Shown: positions 1 to 12,782, numbered from the stretch's first letter. The stretch: DNA of 64,000 nt from Stegostoma tigrinum (GCF_030684315.1 NC_081387.1:18355309-18419308); one strand, 5' to 3'. The notes: a model not told the origin generated them from the letters alone. Translations and numbers: made by a program.

Positions 1-1665
1 AACAATTCTAAGAGAGGGATAGACCAACCAGTCGTGGCTAATCAAGCAATTTAAGGACAGTGTTAATTTGCAAGGTAAAACATATAAGGAGGTAGAAGTC
101 AGTGATAGCCTTGAAATCTGGGATAAATTCAGGATTCAGCAAAGGAGGACTAAAAAGAAAATTTAAAGAAATAGAAAATGAACTACGAGGGCAAATCAAC
201 AAGGAATGTAAAAACTCAAGTACGATCTTCTTTAAATAAATCACAGTTAAGGGAGAGGCCAAAGTAAACATAATCCCTGAGAAAATGAATCGCAGAGTTA
301 CTTTCAAGGAACAAAGAAACAGAATAGAGGATAAATAAAGATTTTGTACCAATGCACAAAGTGGAAGATATTTCGATCATGCCATTAAATAATAAAGAAT
401 ACATTGAAGGAATTAAGGCCCATCTCCATCACCAATGAAGGAGTATCAGACAAATTAATGGGGCTGAAGGTAAATAGGTTCCCTGGGCTTAATAGTTGCC
501 ACACTCCAATTCAAAAATAGGAAGAGATATCGGATGCATTGATTCTAATTTATGGATTCTGGAGAAATACCAGAGGTTTGGAAAACTGACAATGAAACAT
601 CAGCATTTAAAAATGGGGGAAGTAAAAGTGGATTACTTTTCTATTGGTCAAAAAGCATTTTGATCAATTATTAAGAAAGATATAGCAGAGTTTTGTAAAC
701 TCCTCCTCTCATCAAGCAGAATAAACACAGCTCATGAAAGGGAAATTGTGACTGACGAGATCATTGGAATTTTTTGATGAAGTGCCAAGCAGAATGGACA
801 ATGAGTAACCAGGAGATGTGTTGTATTGGGACTTTGAGAAGGCATTCTCGAAGGGTCCTCATAAAGTAAGACCCCATGGTATTGCCTCCTTTTTTGTATG
901 GATAGAGAATTTGCTAATGACCAAGAATTATTGATTGGGACTAAGAGATTCTTTCTTCGGGTTGGCAATCCATGGCCAGTGGTCACAGGGATCAGAGCGA
1001 GAGTTACAACTGTATACAATATATATTAGTAATATGGAGGAAGGAAGTGAATATACTATAGCCAAATTTGCAGGTGACAATAAATATGTGGAAGAGCAGA
1101 TTGTGTAAGATATACGAGCTGAGCATGGAGAAATATTCATAGGTTAAGGGAGAGGGCAAAAACTCGACAAACGGAACATAATGTGAAGGTGAAACAGAAC
1201 AACAGCTTTTTATTTAAGTAGACGAAAACCTTCAGAATGCTGGAACACAAAGGGACTCGTGGTACTTGTCCATGAAACACCGAACGCCTGCGCACCGGTA
1301 CAGCCAGTATTCAGCAAGGTGAATGGATTTGTGGCCTTTATTTTAAGGAGTTTGGAAATACAAGAGTGGGAAAATATTATTGTTATTGTGCAAGTTGCTA
1401 GGAGTGAGCATGTTCTGAGTAATGTGGGCAGTTTTGTTCTTGTTATTGAATGAAAGATACTTTTTCATAAGAGGAAGTTCAGAAAAAAAGTTGACGTGGA
1501 TAATCCCAGGTAAATTGGGAATGTCTTATGAGCAAAGGCTAAGCAGGTTGGGATTCCAATCACTGGAATATAGGCGGATGACAGAAGATCTCATTGAAAT
1601 ATGTAGAATTCTTAAAGAGCTAGGAAGGCTAAATACCAAGAGTACACTTCTCAACAAGGCAGAGT
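1..1665 (+). mobile_element. Old degenerate CR1 LINE ORF2 fragments (inside intron 1 of GPCR copy 1)
   Basis: Broken CR1 RT motifs (KFAGD-like at ~1060; MSYEQRLSRLG..LEYRRM..DLIE in ORF 1422-1700); colinear with similar fragments in the other introns. Confidence 0.75.
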
Positions 1666-1671
1666 GCTTTC

Positions 1672-1810
1672 AATGCTACTGCTTTCACCTGAAAATTTGA
1701 GCACACACACTTCTAACAGAAATTCTCAACACCATCCTTGTAAACCTTCAAATTCCATTTCAGTGGTTAAAAGCTGTTGCAACATTTTTCTTGTCTGTTC
1801 TGTTTTGATT
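1672..1810 (+). other. Degenerate duplicate of GPCR exon 1 ('shadow exon') in intron of copy 1
   Basis: gctttcacctgaaaattt...agaaattctcaacaccatccttgtaaaccttcaaattcc aligns to exon 1 plus intron start; ATG mutated to ATT, no GT donor. Confidence 0.65.
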
Positions 1811-1880
1811 GGTTCCACAGGCCAAATCTCTGAGGAAAGGAGTGTCAATTTCAGATTGAGATGGAGAGTGATTTCGAAGC

Positions 1881-2222
1881 GTGGCACAATGGCGCAGTTG
1901 TGGGCACCTCTGCCTAACAGCACAAGAGACCTCGGTTCAATTCTAGCCTTGCATGACTGTCTCTGTGAAGTGTGCACATTTTCCCTTTGTTTGTGTATGT
2001 TTTCTCTGGGTGCTCAGGTATCCCCCCACAGTGCGAAGATGTGCAGTTTAGGAGCATTGGCTGTACTTAATTACCCATAGCATCCAGGGACAGACAGGTT
2101 AGGTGGGTTAGCCATAGGAAGTGGAGGGTTATAGGGGTGGGTCTGTTTGGGATGATCTTCAGAGGGGCAGTGTGGACGAGATCGGCTGAAATACCTGCTT
2201 CCACAACATAGGGATTCTATTC
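1881..2222 (+). mobile_element. HE1-like tRNA-derived SINE
   Basis: A-box/B-box-like tggcgcagttg / ggttcaattc, V-SINE-like core (gtgtgcacattttccc), gattctattct tail. Confidence 0.75.
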
Positions 2223-3136
2223 TCTCGGAGGGTCGCCAGTGTTTGTAAATCTTTGTCATGGAGAGGGTTGTGGGGTCGTGTCCTTGTGTATTTTTAGAGC
2301 TGATATTGAGAGATTCTTGATGGTAGCAGCAGGTATTTGAGACAACTGAAAAATACATATTTTGATAAACGTTACCCATAGAAGAGGAATAAAGGAACAT
2401 GTGAATTTGGAACCAGAATAGGCCATTTGGCCCTTTGAATCCATTCCCCCTTTTAATGGCATCATGACTGATCAGAATGAGCTCCAAAATCCTGCCTGCA
2501 TTCCACAGACCTCAACTCCCTGTGTATCCAAAATCTATCTACCTTAGCTTTACACACCCAACACCCATTACCTGAAGTAAGTGGATTCCGAAGAGTAGCC
2601 AAACTCTGAAAGAAAAATAAAACTCCTTATCTTGTTTGAAGTGGGAAACTGCTCATTGCTGAACTGTATCCTCTGATTTTAGTATCCCCCATCAAGAGGG
2701 AACCTTCTCGTGCTGTCCCACTTTATCCAGTCCCCTCAAAGTACTACCTGTTGAAATAAGATCTCCTTACATCCATTTTGACTTGAATGGAATTTGGCTT
2801 AAGCTTTCTGCACAAAATCAAAACCGGGAATGGGGGAAGGAATCTCTCTGACCTGCTTTGAAAGCAATAATATTTGTTTTCTTGAACTAGGCAAAGTAAA
2901 TGGTTCAAAGTAACTAACAATTTTCCATAATACTGCTGAAATTCCCTTCCAATTGTTTCCATGACAGAGCCAATGAGTTTCCAATAAGATGTTGCTGAGT
3001 TTTATGATTGGACAAGTCTAGAATTACTAACAGCACCCAACAATCTTATGACTCCCTCCTCCAGAATCCCAGACATCATCCACACACATCTCTACTGGGC
3101 ATTTCAAACCTCTCATGATCTGGATTTTCTTTTCAG

Positions 3137-4043
3137 CAAACCTGATAACTGTGCTGATTCTATGCCAAGGGAAGTGCGGCCTATCCAAAGGAATCACTCG
3201 CTACATGATGGCCATGGCAATGGGAGACCTCATGGTACTTATCTTCAATGTGATTGTGAGCCAGGTTGTCGGGTATCATTTCCCGAGCCCCCTGCTGAGT
3301 AACACTCCTGCTTGCCGATTCAGTGTTTTCCTGCAAGGGCTCAGCCTCCAGCTCTCCATCTGGTTTACCATATTCTTCACCTTTGACAGTTTCGTAGCAA
3401 TTTGCTGCCACAGATTGAAGGCGAGGTATTGCTCTGAAAGAACGGCCAATGTAGTCATATTCATCGTGAGCGCTCTTAACATTATAGTAAACATGCCCTT
3501 GTCTTTTCGCTATGAGCCTGCTTACATTCTGAACAATATCCAGTGGGGTTGTCGTACTATTACTGGTTACCTGACTTCACCGGCTTGGGAGTTCACCGCT
3601 GGCTCACCAATATCTCAAACATGTTTCTCCCTATTCCCCTGCTGCTGCTGTTGACTTCTCTCACTGCCCGGCACATCCTAGTGGCCAGCAGAGCTCGCCG
3701 AGTCCTGAAGCGCAGCAGGAGTGGTGTTTCTGGGAAGATGGGCAAAGACCCCGAGCTGAAGAGCAGGAGGACTTCTATCATTCTGCTCTTCTCCATCTCA
3801 GGCTGCTTTGTGTTGATGTCGGCACCCATCACTGTCATTCACATCTGTGTCGGTGTCACTCAGACAGTGGCTTTCCAAGGTGCAAGCTCAATCTATTTGG
3901 TAATCAGGGTGACGTTCCTGCTGATGTGCACCAGCTCCTGCACAAACACATGTATTTACGCAATGACCCAGAAGAGATTCAGGGAGGAGATGAAGAATGT
4001 GCTGAAATCTCCCTATTCTCTGCTCTGTACGCTCTGTAAATAA
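3137..4043 (+). pseudogene. GPR139-like: GPR139-like orphan GPCR copy 1, exon 2; 1-nt frameshift near 3589; exon 1 upstream of window
   Basis: Acceptor ttttcag at 3136; ANLITVLILCQGKCGLSKGITRYM..AMGDL, FDSFVAICC, SSCTNTCIYAMTQKRFREE; ORFs 3115-3654 and 3543-4043 overlap in different frames (TGG G-A GTT CAC vs TGG GCA GCT CAC in paralogs). Confidence 0.85.
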
Positions 4044-4055
4044 CTTCCACTTGCA

Positions 4056-4397
4056 GGGGGAGGTGGTGAACTAATGATAACCTCACTGGGCAGGTAAACC
4101 AGAGCCCAAAGCTGACACAGATAGCAGACACAGTTTCAAATTGCACCATTGCAATAAATGGATTTTTCCTTCCATAAAAAAATAGCATCATGGTGACCGT
4201 GTCACGATTCGTGGTTGTAAAGCCATAACTTTAATTTTAGGAAGAATGTCTTTTGGCATGAGTTCTGCCATCTTTACCTGCTCAGTGCTACATGTAACAT
4301 CAAACCCACAGCCATGTGGTTGCCTCTTCACTACCCTCTGGGCAATAAATGCCAACCTAGCCAGTGATTTTCACACTCCCAAATGAACAAAATAAAA
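4056..4397 (+). mobile_element. Ancient tRNA-derived SINE (MER131-like) directly after the stop codon
   Basis: ggaggtggtg head, cccacagccatgtggttg core, gggcaataaatgcc..gccag tail; contains AATAAA at 4153 and 4344. Confidence 0.6.
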
Positions 4398-5479
4398 AGG
4401 CACTAATAAGAAGCCACTGCAATTGTACAGTGTTTTTTTGGCTTTGTGAAACTCTCAGTGCAAGATGTCTTAATGGTTTGGAAGAATTTATTTGGTTTCT
4501 GAAAGAAGTTGATGAAGTTAAAGTCAGTGAATATGTACGGGATATAAATGAAGTGATAAGGATCATGTTATGCAGCAATAGTGTTCCTACCTCTGATCCT
4601 GAAGATCTGACTTACACACCTACATTTGCACAGATTCCTTATATCACAACTGACCAGGTTGGTCCAAGTATCTAGAACATAGAACTTTACAGCACAGGAT
4701 AGGTCCCTTAAGTTCATGATCTTGTACCAAACTTGACGCCAAATGAAACTAATCACTTCTGCCTGCCGTCAATCCATATCCCTCCATTCCTTGAGTATTG
4801 ACGTACTTATCTAAAAGCCCCTGAAATGCCCCGATTGTATCTGCCTCCACCACCACCCCGGTGGTGCATTCCAGACTCCTACAACTCTCTCTGTCATGTA
4901 TGTGCCCATGGCATCTCTTTTGACCTTCCCCATATATAGTCAATCTACACCAGACATTAGCAACATCACAATTGCAGAGTTCGGTGTTATTCTGGGCATC
5001 AAATTAGCAGTTTGGGGAAAATGTTGAAGGTACTGAAGAGATTCGTTGCGATAATACCAGATGCACATCCCTGTAATTATGAAGCAGAATGTGACACATT
5101 GAGTTTCTTTTCATTCTGAATCAATGAGATTGAACAGTTAGAGGCAGTTCCAGTGATGAAGGGTTGCCTCGGGTTGAATAAGAACAATCATTTATTGATC
5201 TAGATGCAGTGGATGTCAACATCAAGGTAACGTGGAAGGACTTCCTTTGGCTGACTGAAAGTGTGAGATTGACTGCCAGAGTTACTGAAAGTTGAAAGAT
5301 GCCGCCCCAGGAGCCTTGCTCAGTTGTTGCAGTGCATCTTGTAGATGGGACACATCGCAGCATATCAATGTTTGTGTTAGAAGAAATGCATTTCAAATGT
5401 TTTAGATTGTGCATCAATACATCCAAAGAATCAGCCCAAGCCTGAATATGGTCCAGATCTTGTCACACATGGACATGGA

Positions 5480-6245
5480 GTGGACAATGGAGTTTAATTC
5501 AGATAAATTCATGTTTATGAGACAGACCAAGGTGGGCTGTGCACTGAATGGTAGGGCCTGGAGAGTGTTGCTGAACAGAGAGACCTGGATATGCAAGTAT
5601 GTCGATTCAGGAAAACGGTGTCATGAGAAGACAAGTTGGTATAGAAGGCATTCGGCATGTATGACTTCATCGGTCAGAACAATGAGTACAATATTTGAGA
5701 CAGCATGTTGCAGCTGTACAGGACATCAGTATAGTCACATCTGGAGCATACCATACAGCTCATGTCACCCTGCTATTGGTATGGTATTCTTAAAATGGAA
5801 ATGGTGCTGAACAGATTTAAAAGGAGTGCTTGAGTTCGAAGAAGCAGTTGGATAGGCTGGGACATAAGAAAACTGAGGGGTGACCTTATAGAAGTTTAAG
5901 AAATAATGAGAAGCACAGATGAGGTCAACTGACAATGTCTTTTTCCCAGGGTATGAGACTCCACAGCTAGATGGCATATGCTTAAGATGACAGAGGAACG
6001 ATGGGCAACTTTCTAGCACAGCGGATTGTGCAACTGTGCAACAAGCCTAAAAGGCAGGGTTAGAGGTGAATACTCTAAAAACCATTTAAATGATTTTTGT
6101 AATGGCACATGAATGGAAAGGTTTTCGAGGAATATGAGCCAATTACACACAAATGAGAATAGTTCAGATGAGGAAACTAGTTATCATCGATGGGTTGGAG
6201 TTAATGGTCTTTTCCAGTGCTGTGTGATGCTATGATTGTATGATT
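5480..6245 (+). mobile_element. Old CR1 LINE 3' fragment
   Basis: WTMEFNSDK; agggtgaccttatagaagttt; tatgatt tail. Confidence 0.7.
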
Positions 6246-6714
6246 GCTTCATATTCTATATGATTTTTTTGCAATTAACAATGAAAATAGCAAGACTATG
6301 GACATACAAGGAATAGTGTAGATTAGATGGGCTTGAGATCGGTATGACAGTCCCCCCAAAGGGCCTGTACTGTGCTGTAATGTTCTACGTTCTATGTTCT
6401 ATGGCTTTATCTCATGCTGGTGGGATGGCCATTAATGAATCAATATAAGTTACTCACGAATGATGAAGCAATCGTTTGACCAATTGATCGAACAGAATCT
6501 TGAAGTTCGGTGAAAAATTAGAGTGATTCAGTTGATCAGTTTATGGATACCTTTCTTCCATACAAATTGCTGACTGAATCTCCAAGAGTCTTGTACATCC
6601 AGCACAAGTAGGTTGTTCTATTCCTCAGTGTGACTGAGGAATAGCTGTAAACCTATAGGAGGATATCATCGGTCAGATAGTCAGAACATGCAAATTAAAA
6701 TTAATCCCCCTTTT

Positions 6715-6932
6715 GCCCACACACCCCTGAACACTATCGGCAATTTAACATGGCCGATCCACCTAGCCTGTACATCTTTAGACTATGGGAGGAAACTGGT
6801 GCATCCGGAGGAAACCCCACAGACACGGGGAGAATGTGCAAACTCTACACAGCCTGTTGCCTGAGGATGGAAATGAACCCGGGTCCCTGGTGCTGTGAGG
6901 CTGCAGTGCGAACCACTGAGCCACCGTGCCAC
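6715..6932 (-). mobile_element. HE1-like SINE
   Basis: Reverse complement reads ggcacggtggctcagtggtt...gacccgggttcatt...gagtttgcacattctccccgtgtctg. Confidence 0.75.
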
Positions 6933-7339
6933 CATCAATGCTCATTCCTTTTCCAGATTCACTTCATTCAGAGTATTCCTTAAACGTTCTGACAACTGCA
7001 ACCGGTTTCCAGATAAAAGTCCAACAAAGAGGTTTTGTATGCCTAGCATTATTTCATTTGATGCATGTGCTTTTGTCTGTATCATTCCAAGTTCAGTATT
7101 TTCAGCTTTCTGGCTTTTTCATCCATCCTGGTGCTCATTTAAACTCATTATACGCTGAGATATTCAGTCCCTCCAATATCCTTCTGAATTCCCACATGAC
7201 CAAATCCCCATTTGTAAAAATCAGAATGAGACGTCATTGACGTGCAAAAACTGCTGTTTCTTCAATCTTTGATGCTTGCCAAAGTAATTTCCTCATGTGG
7301 GTCTATCTAGAATGAGTGGTCACCATAATAAGATAAGTA

Positions 7340-7592
7340 TGGTGGCTCAGTGTTTAACACTGCTGCCTCACAGCACCAGGGACCCAGTTTTGATTCCAGC
7401 CTTGAGCAATTGTCTGTGTGGAGCAGAACTTCCTGTGTCTGCATGGGTTTCCTCTGGGTGCTCCGGCCTCGTGCTACAGTCTAAAGATGTGCATGTCAGC
7501 TGGTTTTGCTATTCTAAATAGCCCATAGGGTCAGGGGTGGGTCTGGGTGGCGTGCTCTTTGGAGGGTCAGTGTGGGCATGTTTACATATTGT
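7340..7592 (+). mobile_element. HE1-like SINE
   Basis: ggtggctcagtgtttaacactgctgcctcacagcaccagggacccag head. Confidence 0.7.
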
Positions 7593-8073
7593 AGGCCTTC
7601 TCTGATAAGCAGTAGCAGATTTAAGGCAGAGATGAGGAAAAACATTCTGACGATAAGGTACATGAACTGTGCAATGTGTGCTCGATTCTGCAACATTATG
7701 TAAGATTACGAGGAGACAGACAGATTGTTTAATTAGAAATGTTAAAATAGGGTTAAAGTGTTACCCCTGGTTTGTAAGATGAAAAGCAAAATTCGCTGAC
7801 TCGAATGGATTCTATTAGAAGATCATTCTGAATTTCAGCACAAAAGTGGCTCCTTCCAGAAATTTATTGTAAAATGAAAAAAAAAATTAAATGTACACAG
7901 GAATGTGAGAGGAGCTATGATAACTTGAAACTTCTGCTGGCAGCCACATTTGCTGTTAGGAAATTCAAATTTTGAGAAACTATTAAAAAAAAGACTGCTG
8001 ATGCCAGGAAAAAATGATGGGAGTGTCAGTTTCTTGTGAGAACATGAGATGGAGATTGAACATACGAACATAC

Positions 8074-9143
8074 ATAGAACATAGAACATAGAACATAGAA
8101 CAGTACAGCACAGAACAGGCCCTTCAGCCCACAATGTTGTGCCGACCATTGATCCTCATGGATGCACCCTCAAATTTCTGTGACCATATGCATGTCCAGC
8201 AGTCTCTTAAATGACCCCAATGACCTTGCTTCCACAACTGCTGCCGGCAACGCATTCCATGCTCTCACAACTCTCTGCGTAAAGAACCTGCCTCTGACAT
8301 CCCCTCTATACTTTCCACCAACCAGCTTAAAACTATGACCCCTCGTGCTAGCCATTTCTGCCCTGGGAAATAGTCTCTGGCTATCGACTCTATCTATGCC
8401 TCTCATTATCTTGTATACCTCAATTAGGTCCCCTCTCCTCCTCCTTTTCTCCAATGAAAAGAGACCGAGCTCAGTCAACCTCTCTTCATAAGATAAGCCC
8501 TCCAGTCCAGGCAGCATCCTGGTAAACCTCCTCTGAACCCTCTCCAAAGCATCCACATCTTTCCTATAATAGGGCGCCCAGAACTGGACGCAGTATTCCA
8601 AGTGCGGTCTAACCAAAGTTTTATAGAGCTGCAACAAGATCTCACGACTCTTAAACTCAATCCCCCTGTTAATGAAAGCCAAAACACCATATGCTTTCTT
8701 AACAACCCTGTCCACTTGGGTGGCCATTTTAAGGGATCTATGTATCTGCACACCAAGATCCCTCTGTTCCTCCACGCTGCCAAGAATCCTATCCTTAATC
8801 CTGTACTCAGCTTTCAAATTCGACCTTCCAAAATGCATCACTTCGCATTTATCCAGGTTGAACTCCATCTGCCACCTCTCAGCCCATCTCTGCATCCTGT
8901 CAATGTCCCGCTGCAGCCTACAACAGCCCTCTACACTGTCAACGACACCTCCGACCTTTGTGTCGTCTGCAAACTTGCTGACCCATCCTTCAATTCCCTC
9001 GTCCAAGTCATTAATAAAAATTACAAACAGTAGAGGCCCAAGGACAGAGCCCTGTGGAACCCCACTCACCACTGACTTCCAGGCAGAATATTTTCCTTAC
9101 TTCCAGGCAGAATATTTTCCTTACTTCCAGGCAGAATATTTTC
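8074..9143 (-). mobile_element. Young 5'-truncated CR1 LINE (RT C-terminal ORF 8170-9072, 300 aa uninterrupted)
   Basis: GVPQGSVLGPLLF, KFADDTK, RPHLEYCVQFW motifs; (CATAGAA)n tail at 8074-8100; near-identical to 17245-18390. Confidence 0.95.
9075..9143. repeat. 24-bp tandem repeat x2.9 (ACTTCCAGGCAGAATATTTTCCTT) at the CR1 5' junction
   Basis: Units at 9075-9098, 9099-9122 and 9123-9143. Confidence 0.9.
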
Positions 9144-9994
9144 ATACTAAAACCTAGCTGCTCGGCCCTTCAAGCCTGCTTTGACATTCAATAAGTTAAT
9201 GGTTAATCTGATTTTAACATCAACTCTACGTTCCAGTACATCCTCAATAAACTTTAATCCCCATGGTAATCAAGAGTCTCTCGACCTGCTGTTTGAAAAA
9301 TACTTAAATATCCCTCACAGCCTTTTGAAGAATGGAATTTCAGAGCCTTCCAACTCTCACAGAGAATTTTCTTTTTCTTGTCATCTTTATTTTAAATGGG
9401 CAACTCCTTATTTGTGGACCCGAGTTCTGGTGTTATTGTCAGGGGTAGGTTAGAGGTAGGTAACTCTGTTATTTTTCACAAATAATGGAGTGATGGTCAA
9501 TCATGTCTACAGTGTAGAAAGAGACACTGAGTCTTATATTGAGTCGGGAGGTGTGCAAAATGTGCAGGTCCATAGTTCTTATGATGTTAAGATATAAATA
9601 ACTTTTGAGGGACTCGTTAATATTGACCACAATCTTCGCTTTTTTTTTGAAGAGACTTTGTGTAAACCTAAATTCAACAGCTCTTTTGGGGCATAATAAT
9701 ACAACAGTATTAATTAAAAATAATTCATTTGACTGGCCAAAACAACATTTTAATGGGCACGCTGGCAGGAGCAAATGTCAATTAAACCAATGTGTTCAAA
9801 CCTCCTGATCAAAACAGACTTCAATATAATATGGTGGCTATGATAACCAGTGTAATTTATTTCATTATTGTTGGTGTGCCATAGAAATTATGTCATAAAT
9901 GACTTTAATGGAATATCAAACTGCCTCTTAAGAGCGCCATTTCATTGTTGAACAGATGCAGTAACTAAACGGAGAAAAAAAAGAGTTGTGACTG

Positions 9995-10407
9995 AGGGCT
10001 CATGTGGCACAATTGTAGAATCCCTCTCTCTGGGCTAGAAGGCGTGTCTTCAATTCTCACTGACTCCAGAGCCCTGTCATAGCACAGATTGATTGAAAAG
10101 GGTGAAAAGTGATATTTTGTATCTACCTCCTGGGCTACTTTACTCTCAGTCTCTGATTGAAGTTGAACTGCAGCAATTAGGTTTCTCATGGGCTTCTCAG
10201 AAGTCATTGCTCTGGGGACTGGGTGACACTGGCTCTGATTCCCTGCGGATCGAGAGTTCTTGGTGAATAATGCTCAATAACCTGTTTGTTAGAAATGTTG
10301 AGGTTATTGAAATGTGCTCACTGTTTCATGGGAGGTTTCGCTTGTGTATAAATTGAGTACATTTCAATGCATACCCTCATTTCGATTGTTGCTGGTTTCA
10401 CCTTAAA
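9995..10407 (+). promoter_or_regulatory. Conserved GPCR upstream block with TATAAAT at 10347-10353
   Basis: Colinear with 35085-35493 and 57443-57859; TATA-like element starts 61 nt before the ATG in all three. Confidence 0.65.
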
Positions 10408-10471
10408 ATGGGATTACAGGCACTTCCGATGGAAATTATTTTTCCCATTCTTGCAATCTTTGGAATTCCTG
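10408..10471 (+). pseudogene. GPR139-like: GPR139-like copy 2 exon 1 (MGLQALPMEIIFPILAIFGIP)
   Basis: ATG at 10408, G|gtaag donor, phase 1 joins exon 2 at 13920 to give GIP-ANL. Confidence 0.85.
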
Positions 10472-10659
10472 GTAAGTTGTTAAAAAAATCTGTAACTTTT
10501 TTGTTGCTCGTTCTGCATTGAATTTCACCTCTACAATTTGTAGCTACATCCCACGAATAGATCGCCTGCTTATTGCTGAGTTTGTCTGCACTTCATCACT
10601 ACCAGTTTCGGACTGAATGCAATTAGTCCTATCGCAAGTGTCTGGTTTGGAAAAATCTG

Positions 10660-12780
10660 TGTTTAAACTGAGTAAAGGGAATTACAATGATATGACGAGT
10701 TAGCTACCGTGAACTGGGTTGATAGTTTAGCAGAAACAACTGTAAGCAAGAAATGGCAGACATTTAAGGAGGTAATTCAAGGCTTTCAGCAAAAATGCAT
10801 CCCAAGTAAGAAGTAAAGATTCTCAGAGAGGGATAAACCAGCCATGGCTAATCAAGGAAGTTATTGAGGTGAATGTTAAAGCATACAAAGAGGCAGAAAT
10901 CACTGAAAGCCCTGAGGACCGGGATAAATTTCAAATTCAGCAAAGTAAGAAAAATGATAATCATGAGCAAGAAAATAAACTATGAGAGCAAGGCAGCAAG
11001 CATGATAAAAACTGACAGTAAGAGCTCCTTTAAATATGCAAAAAGGAAGACCATGATCAAAGTAAACACGTACCCTTTAGAAAATGAGTTGGGGCGATAG
11101 TCACAAGGAACAAGGAGATGGCATAGAACTTATCCAGATAGTTTGCATCACTCTGTACATCGGAACATACTTCGAACATGCAATTAATTTGAAATAATTT
11201 GATGGAGAAATTGAGTCTGATCTTAATCACTAAGGAAGGCGGATGAGAAAACTGAATGATGTTGAAGGCAAATAAGTTCCTTGACTCTGATGGCTTGCAT
11301 CCTAGTACCAAACAACAGATATCTGCCGAGATAGTGAATGCATTGGTTGCCGTTTCCTAAAATCCTTGGAATCTGGAGCAGTGCCAGATATTTAGATAGC
11401 TGTCAATGTGCCATCCCACTCAAAACAGGTGGGAGGCAATAAGTAACTCAATGCATTGGTGAAAACATATTGGAAACAATTAGTAAAGATGGGAGAGCAG
11501 AATATTTGGCAAATCCCATTCTCATCCAGCAGATTCAGCACAACATAATGAAAGTGAAATCATGTCAGAGAAATTGTTTCGAATACTTTCAGGAAGACTC
11601 TATCAGAATGGATTAAGGGGTAACAACAGGGATGTTATATTTGAACTTTGTGTTCAGCAAGGTACCTCCCAAAGGTTACGTGCTGAGATTAGAGCCCCAT
11701 GCTGCTGGAGGTAGTACATTGGTATGGAGAGAGAATTGAGTAATGGCCAAGAAACAATGAGTGAGGATAATGGCTCCTTTTTTCAGGTTGGCGATCCAGA
11801 ATCAGTGCGGCTACACGGGGGTCAGTGCTGGGATTGCAGCTGTTTACAATGCATATTAATGAAGTGGAGAAAGGAAGGAAATAGCCAGGTTGTCAAATGA
11901 CACAAAACATAGTGGAAAAGGCAGATTGTGAGGGGGATACAAGCACTTCACAGAGATTTAACGATGGTTTAAGAATGGGCCAATCAGCTGGCAACTGAAA
12001 TAAAATGTGGTAGAATTTAAGTTTTTCGTTTTGTAAGGTAGAACAAAACAACTGAGTTTTATCAAAATAGAGAAACGTTGTAAAAGCTGAAACACAAAGG
12101 CACTTTGGGTTCTTGTGCACAAAACACAAAAAGATAGCAGACAGGTCGAGACAGTAATTATGGAGGGTCATGAAATGTTGGGCCTTTTTCAAGAGTTGAT
12201 TTGATTTGATTTATTATGGTCACATATACCTGAGCACAGTGAAAAGCTTTGTTGTGCAAGCAGTGCAGGCAGATCAGAGCAAACAAGGACATACATATCA
12301 TTGCATGTTTAGACAGTGAAGCATCGAGGTTACAGCTGCACAGTGGGTGCGCAAAGCAAGATCACCATGAGCAAGAACAACATTACTTGAAGTTCGAGAA
12401 TCTATTCAGCAGTCTAATATTGGCGGGGAAGAAGCCAGTGTTGAACTTGTTGTTGTCTGTGTTCAAGTTGAACGATAAGAGGAGGGACGTCACATTTCAG
12501 TTATACAAGGTTCTGCTGAGGCCAGATCTGCAGGTCTGTGAGTAGCATTGATCGTGTTATTGAGGGCAAGATACCATTTTATAGTTAGCAGATCAGAGAA
12601 GGTTTGTTAGGGTGATCACAGGTGTGGAAGGATTGTATAATGAGTTAAGGTTAAACATTTTGGGACTCTACTCACTGGAGTTGAGAAGAACGAGAGGTGA
12701 TCTCATTTTGATATATGTGATTCTTAATGTGAGTGACAGGGTAAATGATGAGAGAATGTTTCTCCTCATGGGGGAGTGAT
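10660..12780 (+). mobile_element. Old CR1 LINE ORF2 remnants in intron 1 of copy 2
   Basis: Degenerate CR1 RT segments (FKYAKRK..; FQLYKVLLRPDL; gagaggtgatctcatt). Confidence 0.7.
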
Positions 12781-12782
12781 TT

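Noticed and set aside
1881-1960. tRNA genes at SINE heads (also ~6860-6932 and ~7340-7410)
   Set aside because: A/B boxes continue into SINE core and tail; no intact cloverleaf
3115-3136. ORF-track N-termini MIWIFFS (3115) and MFFLSS (60478) as true starts
   Set aside because: They are intronic polypyrimidine and acceptor sequence; the real start is in the 64-nt exon 1
3593-3838. Recurrent antisense ORF (..LLLFRARRALLATRMC..) also at 14377, 48321 and 60954
   Set aside because: Reverse-frame by-product of conserved GPCR codons; no independent evidence
9075-9143. 24-bp direct repeats as a CRISPR array
   Set aside because: No spacers, the unit is CR1 sequence, and the context is eukaryotic
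8475-9157. Alternate-frame and antisense ORFs over CR1 (also 17648-18360, 29140-29676)
   Set aside because: Shadows of the RT frame; repeated only because the element is repeated
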